Positions 60,373 to 64,000 of a DNA stretch of 64,000 nt are shown here, piece after piece (within the stretch, counting starts at the first letter, position 1; each line of letters opens with the position of its first letter). Position numbers and translations under genes: made by a program. The notes under the pieces are model-generated. The model saw only the letters and a program-made list of their open reading frames with translations. It made no database searches and was not told the DNA's origin. The stretch spans positions 50,489-114,488 of the forward strand of contig CAVORL010000006.1 in NCBI GenBank assembly GCA_963698595.1, given 5' to 3'. The stretch comes from an uncultured Chloroflexia bacterium (GTDB lineage Bacteria > Chloroflexota > Limnocylindria > Limnocylindrales > CSP1-4).

Positions 60373-62898
60373 GTGCGCGCCGTCGCCGCGCTCGCCCGCC
60401 GGAGCCTCCTGGCCCGGCCGCTCCGGGCGTTCCTCACGGTCGTCGGCATCGCCCTCGGCACGGGGGTCCTCGTCGCCGGCCTGATCCTCAACGGGGCGCT
60501 CGACGCGGCGGTGGAGCGAAGCGCGCACGACGTGTTCGGCCGCGCCGACCTGCGCGTCGCTGCGCTCGAGGAGCAGGGCCTCTCGCCGGAGACGGTCGCC
60601 GCGATCGCGATCGCACCGGGCATCGCCACCGTTGCCCCGACCCTGGAGCGCCGCACGTATCCCCTGCCGGACCTGGCGAGCGGCGCCGGGACGCTGCCCG
60701 AGCCGCTGACCGTCGTCGGCATCGAGCAAGCCGCCGAGCCGGCGGTCCGCGAGCGGCCCCTTGCGGCGGGGGAGCAGCTGGGCACCGGCGACGACCACGG
60801 GGCGCTCGTGTCGGCCGACCTCGCCCGCGAGGACGGCCTGAGCGTTGGATCGACGATCACGTTGCTTGGAGACCCCAGCTCGGACCCGGTGGCGCTGCGC
60901 GTCGTCGGCGTGCTTGCCGTGACTCCGGGCGATCCAGACCCGGCCGGGCGCAGCGCCGTCATCGCGCTCGAAACGGCCCAGCGGCTCTTCGCCACGGATC
61001 GCGTGAGCGCCGTGGACGTCCTGCTGGCGGATCCGGCCGGTGGGCCGGCCGCGATCGCCGGGCTCGAGGCGCGTCTGGTGGGCGAGCCGTACACGATCAC
61101 CACGCCTGCCGAACTCGTCACCGCCCTCGAGGCGGCCACCGGCGAGATCCGGGCAGCGATCGCCCTCGTCGCCGCCGTCGCCCTCTTCGGCGGCGCCTTC
61201 CTCATCTTCAACACGCTCTCCATGACGGTCGCCGAGCGCGCCCGCGACGTGGGGCTGCTCCGCGCGGCCGGGATGACCCGGCGCCAGGTCGTCCTGATGG
61301 TGCTCGTGACGGCGATCCACCTGGGGGTCGCCGGGGTCCTCCTCGGGCTCATTGCAGGGGTCGGCCTCGCGGCCGGCGCGGTCGTGGTCCTCGGCGGCGG
61401 CACCCTCGTGCTCGACGAGCTCCAGGTCCCCGCCGCCGCGCTCGCCCTCGGGACGGCGCTCGGCTTCCTCGTGACGGCGGCGGCAGCCGTCGAGCCCGCG
61501 ATGCGGGCCGGGGGCATCTCGCCCGTGGCAGCGCTCCGGCTCCGCGTCGACCAGGGGGCCGCCCTGCGCGCGCGGCTGCGCTGGCTCCTCCTCGTCTTCG
61601 TCGCGGTCGGTCTCGTCGGGCTGTTCCTGTGGCCGGGGGCGGCTGCCGGCCAGGCGGGCCTGCTCCGGCCCCTCGCGGTCTTCGCGCTCCTGCTCGGCGT
61701 CGCCCTCGCCGCGCCGTTCGTGGCGGGGCCGCTCGGCCGGCTCGTCGGCCTGCTCGCCGCGCCGTTCCTGCCCACGGAGGAGCGCCTGACACGGGGGTCG
61801 CTGGTCCGCGATCGGAGCCGGACCGCGCTCACCGTCGGGTCCCTCGCCGTCGCCCTGGCGGTGTTCGTCGCGCTGGCCGGCGTCGCCGGATCCACGCGCC
61901 TGGCAGCCACCGCGTGGCTGACCGACGTGGTGCCCGGGGAGCTGCTTCTCACGTCCATCCGCCCGGTTGCGGCCGACGAGTCGGCTCCCGGCGAGATCGC
62001 CGGCCTGCCCGGTGTCGCGCGGGTGAGCCCGCTGGGGCGCTTCTCCGTCGCCCTCGACGGCGCGCGCGCCGACGCGGCCGCGGTGGTCGGGGCAGACCTC
62101 CTTGCCGACGGCCGCCTCCGGTTCGTCGAGGGCGATCGCACGGGGGCGCTCGGCGCGCTCGACGCGGGGGGCTCCGCGATCGTCCCGCGCAGCGTGGCCG
62201 AGCAGCGGGGGATCGGGGTCGGGGCGAGCCTCGAGCTCCTCACCGGCGCCGGCGCCGTCGAGCTGACAGTGGCGGGGGTTGCCGAGCGCACGATCCCGGG
62301 CGACGCGGGCGAGGCGATCCTCGTGGGCTGGCCAGACGCAACCGAGTGGCTCGGCGTGCTCGGCGCGGACGCGTTCGCGGTCCGCTTCGAGCCGGGCGCC
62401 GACGCGTCGGCGCGCCCCGCGGTCGATGCCGCGGCGCGCGGCTACGCGCTGGAGCCTGCGACGCTCGAGGAGGCCGCCGGCGCAATCGGCGCTTCCGTGG
62501 ACCGACGGGCTGCCCTCTTCGCGGCGCTCGCCGCGGTGGCCGTCGTCGTGGCCGCGCTCGGGATCGTCAACACGCTGGCGATGAACGTCCTGGAGCGTGT
62601 TCGCGAGCTGGCGCTCCTCCGCGCGACGGGGCTCACCCGGCGCCAGGCGTGGCGGCTCGTCGTCCTCGAGGCGGCGATCCTCGGGGTCGTCGGGGCGCTC
62701 CTCGGCGCCGGGGCGGGACTCGCCGCCGGGGCCGCGCTCGTCGGTCTGGCCGGTGGCGGCGGCGCCCCGTTCGATCCGCCGTGGGCTGTCGCCGGGGCCG
62801 CGCTCATTGGTGGCGTCGTCCTCGCCGTGCTTGCCGCGCTCTATCCGGCCCATCTCGCGGCCCGCGTGAAGATCGTGCCGGCGCTCGGCCGCGACTGA
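60373..62898 (+). CDS. FtsX-like ABC transporter permease with two FtsX domains (MacB-type, 841 aa)
   Basis: Two 4-TM FtsX modules, each preceded by a large extracytoplasmic domain. GTG 60373 lies 3 nt after the ATPase stop. Confidence 0.85.
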   Translation: MRAVAALARRSLLARPLRAFLTVVGIALGTGVLVAGLILNGALDAAVERSAHDVFGRADLRVAALEEQGLSPETVAAIAIAPGIATVAPTLERRTYPLPDLASGAGTLPEPLTVVGIEQAAEPAVRERPLAAGEQLGTGDDHGALVSADLAREDGLSVGSTITLLGDPSSDPVALRVVGVLAVTPGDPDPAGRSAVIALETAQRLFATDRVSAVDVLLADPAGGPAAIAGLEARLVGEPYTITTPAELVTALEAATGEIRAAIALVAAVALFGGAFLIFNTLSMTVAERARDVGLLRAAGMTRRQVVLMVLVTAIHLGVAGVLLGLIAGVGLAAGAVVVLGGGTLVLDELQVPAAALALGTALGFLVTAAAAVEPAMRAGGISPVAALRLRVDQGAALRARLRWLLLVFVAVGLVGLFLWPGAAAGQAGLLRPLAVFALLLGVALAAPFVAGPLGRLVGLLAAPFLPTEERLTRGSLVRDRSRTALTVGSLAVALAVFVALAGVAGSTRLAATAWLTDVVPGELLLTSIRPVAADESAPGEIAGLPGVARVSPLGRFSVALDGARADAAAVVGADLLADGRLRFVEGDRTGALGALDAGGSAIVPRSVAEQRGIGVGASLELLTGAGAVELTVAGVAERTIPGDAGEAILVGWPDATEWLGVLGADAFAVRFEPGADASARPAVDAAARGYALEPATLEEAAGAIGASVDRRAALFAALAAVAVVVAALGIVNTLAMNVLERVRELALLRATGLTRRQAWRLVVLEAAILGVVGALLGAGAGLAAGAALVGLAGGGGAPFDPPWAVAGAALIGGVVLAVLAALYPAHLAARVKIVPALGRD

Positions 62899-63042
62899 CC
62901 GCGGCCCGCCGGCGACCGTCCCGTGCCGCCGACGTGTGAGCGGATCGATCCCGGCGCCGACTCTTCGACCGGCCGCCGGGCGGCGCGCTGCTAGACTCCA
63001 CGAAGCGCGGCCGTATGTCGCCGACCGGGGAGACGCAGATCG

Positions 63043-63756
63043 ATGAGCCTGGCGACCGAGCGCCTCAACCGGCTGCCCGCGGCCGAGCGCGGGATCACGA
63101 TCGGGGACTTCCTCGTTCCCATCGTGGTCGGCGAACGCATCAGCACGCGGGCGAGGCACCTTGCCCTGGTCGGCGTCGGCGCCATCCTCATCGCCCTGGC
63201 CGCGAACGTCCAGGTCGTCCTGGCCGGCCAGTCGTTCGTTCTTCCCGGGGATGTGAGGATCACGCTCCCGAACTCACCCGTCCCGATCACGGCGCAGACG
63301 TTCTCCGTCCTTCTCGTCGGCGGAGCGCTGGGCCTGCGGCGCGGCGTCCTGGCCGTGGGCCTGTACCTTGCGCTGGGCCTTCTCCTGCCGATCTATGCGG
63401 GGGGGGCCTCGGGCCTCGACACCTTCGTCTCGCGCGACGCGGGCCAGTGGGTGCTCGGCGCCACCGGCGGATACCTGCTCGGCTTCCTCGTCGCGGGTGC
63501 CCTCGTCGGTCGACTGGCGGAGCTCGGGTGGGATCGACACGTCGGCGGAGCCGTGGCGGCGATGCTCGTCGGCAACTTCGCGATCTACGCGATCGGCATC
63601 CCCTGGCTCATGGCCGCGGCCAGCTTCGACGTCGGGACGGCGGTCTCGAAGGGCCTGGCTCCCTTCATCTTCGGCGACATCCTCAAGCTGGCGCTGGCCG
63701 GGATCGTCTTCCCGGTTGCCTGGTGGGTCGTCGGCCGGCGCACCGGCGAGCGATAG
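63043..63756 (+). CDS. bioY: Biotin transporter BioY (ECF S-component) with N-terminal extension
   Basis: PVPITAQTFSVLLVGGALGLRRG, GGYLLGFLVAG, PFIFGDILKLALAG. Confidence 0.8.
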   Translation: MSLATERLNRLPAAERGITIGDFLVPIVVGERISTRARHLALVGVGAILIALAANVQVVLAGQSFVLPGDVRITLPNSPVPITAQTFSVLLVGGALGLRRGVLAVGLYLALGLLLPIYAGGASGLDTFVSRDAGQWVLGATGGYLLGFLVAGALVGRLAELGWDRHVGGAVAAMLVGNFAIYAIGIPWLMAAASFDVGTAVSKGLAPFIFGDILKLALAGIVFPVAWWVVGRRTGER

Positions 63757-63822
63757 CCCCGGCAGCTCCTCGCGTCGTCTCCGTCACGGGGCGGCGCGCC
63801 GGCTCGCCGCCACCGCGCCGCC

Positions 63823-64000
63823 CTACAGGGTCCGCGGGAAGCGTGGAGCCAGGCGCATGGTGAGGTCGGCCGGGTCGACCGCGTCGAGCGCGGCCAGGAG
63901 GGCCCGCGTCGAGCCGAGCCCGCCGCGGCGCTCGTCCAGATAGCCGCGCAGGGCAGCGAAGAAGGCCTTGTCGCCGGTTCGCCGGCGGATCGTGTCGAGG
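63823..64000 (-). CDS. C-terminal end of a gene running off the window (possibly an M1-family peptidase C-terminus)
   Basis: Manual translation ...LDTIRRRTGDKAFFAALRGYLDERRGGLGSTRALLAALDAVDPADLTMRLAPRFPRTL*. The GD.AFF.ALR.Y pattern is common in M1 peptidases. Only 58 codons are visible. Confidence 0.4.
   Translation of the reverse strand, partial: LDTIRRRTGDKAFFAALRGYLDERRGGLGSTRALLAALDAVDPADLTMRLAPRFPRTL

Overview
A very GC-rich chromosomal segment, with nearly all third codon positions G/C. The gene content looks Actinomycetota-like (NrdJ with NrdR boxes, an MsiK-type orphan sugar ATPase, leaderless-type promoters), but that taxonomic reading is inference. I support about 55 protein genes and one tRNA-His. 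I see no rRNA, CRISPR array, transposase, integrase or phage genes.

Most of the window is core metabolism and housekeeping:
- Two phosphofructokinase paralogs, PPK2, class II ribonucleotide reductase, GlgC, PncB and GDH.
- The peptidases PepA and PepN, plus an M23 peptidase.
- MsrA, RtcB, and an OmpR/HisKA two-component pair.

One large functional block (40.6-53.7 kb) is a LacI-controlled beta-glucan/laminarin-type utilisation locus. It holds GH5, a binding protein with two permeases, LacI, GH116, GH16 and an unannotated 1129-aa protein with GH94-like phosphorylase motifs.

The observations I rate highest:
1. Three copies of the last ~60 bp of msrA (two identical over 60/60 bp) bracket two single-gene cassettes directly downstream of msrA. 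This looks like an integron-like or att-site-accretion structure, with no recombinase in the window.
2. A co-directional cluster of RtcB, a HipA-like kinase, DUF3037 and a zinc-ribbon protein.
3. The 1129-aa putative glycoside phosphorylase.
4. A toxin-like protein carrying LQRxxGN and HExxH motifs next to tRNA-His. An in-frame TAG interrupts its reading frame.
5. A sensor kinase with no membrane segment, preceded by a small Cys-rich TRASH-like protein.

Many long ORFs in the six-frame track are antisense or off-frame artefacts of the high GC content and were not called. All family assignments come from reading motifs by eye. No database search was run.
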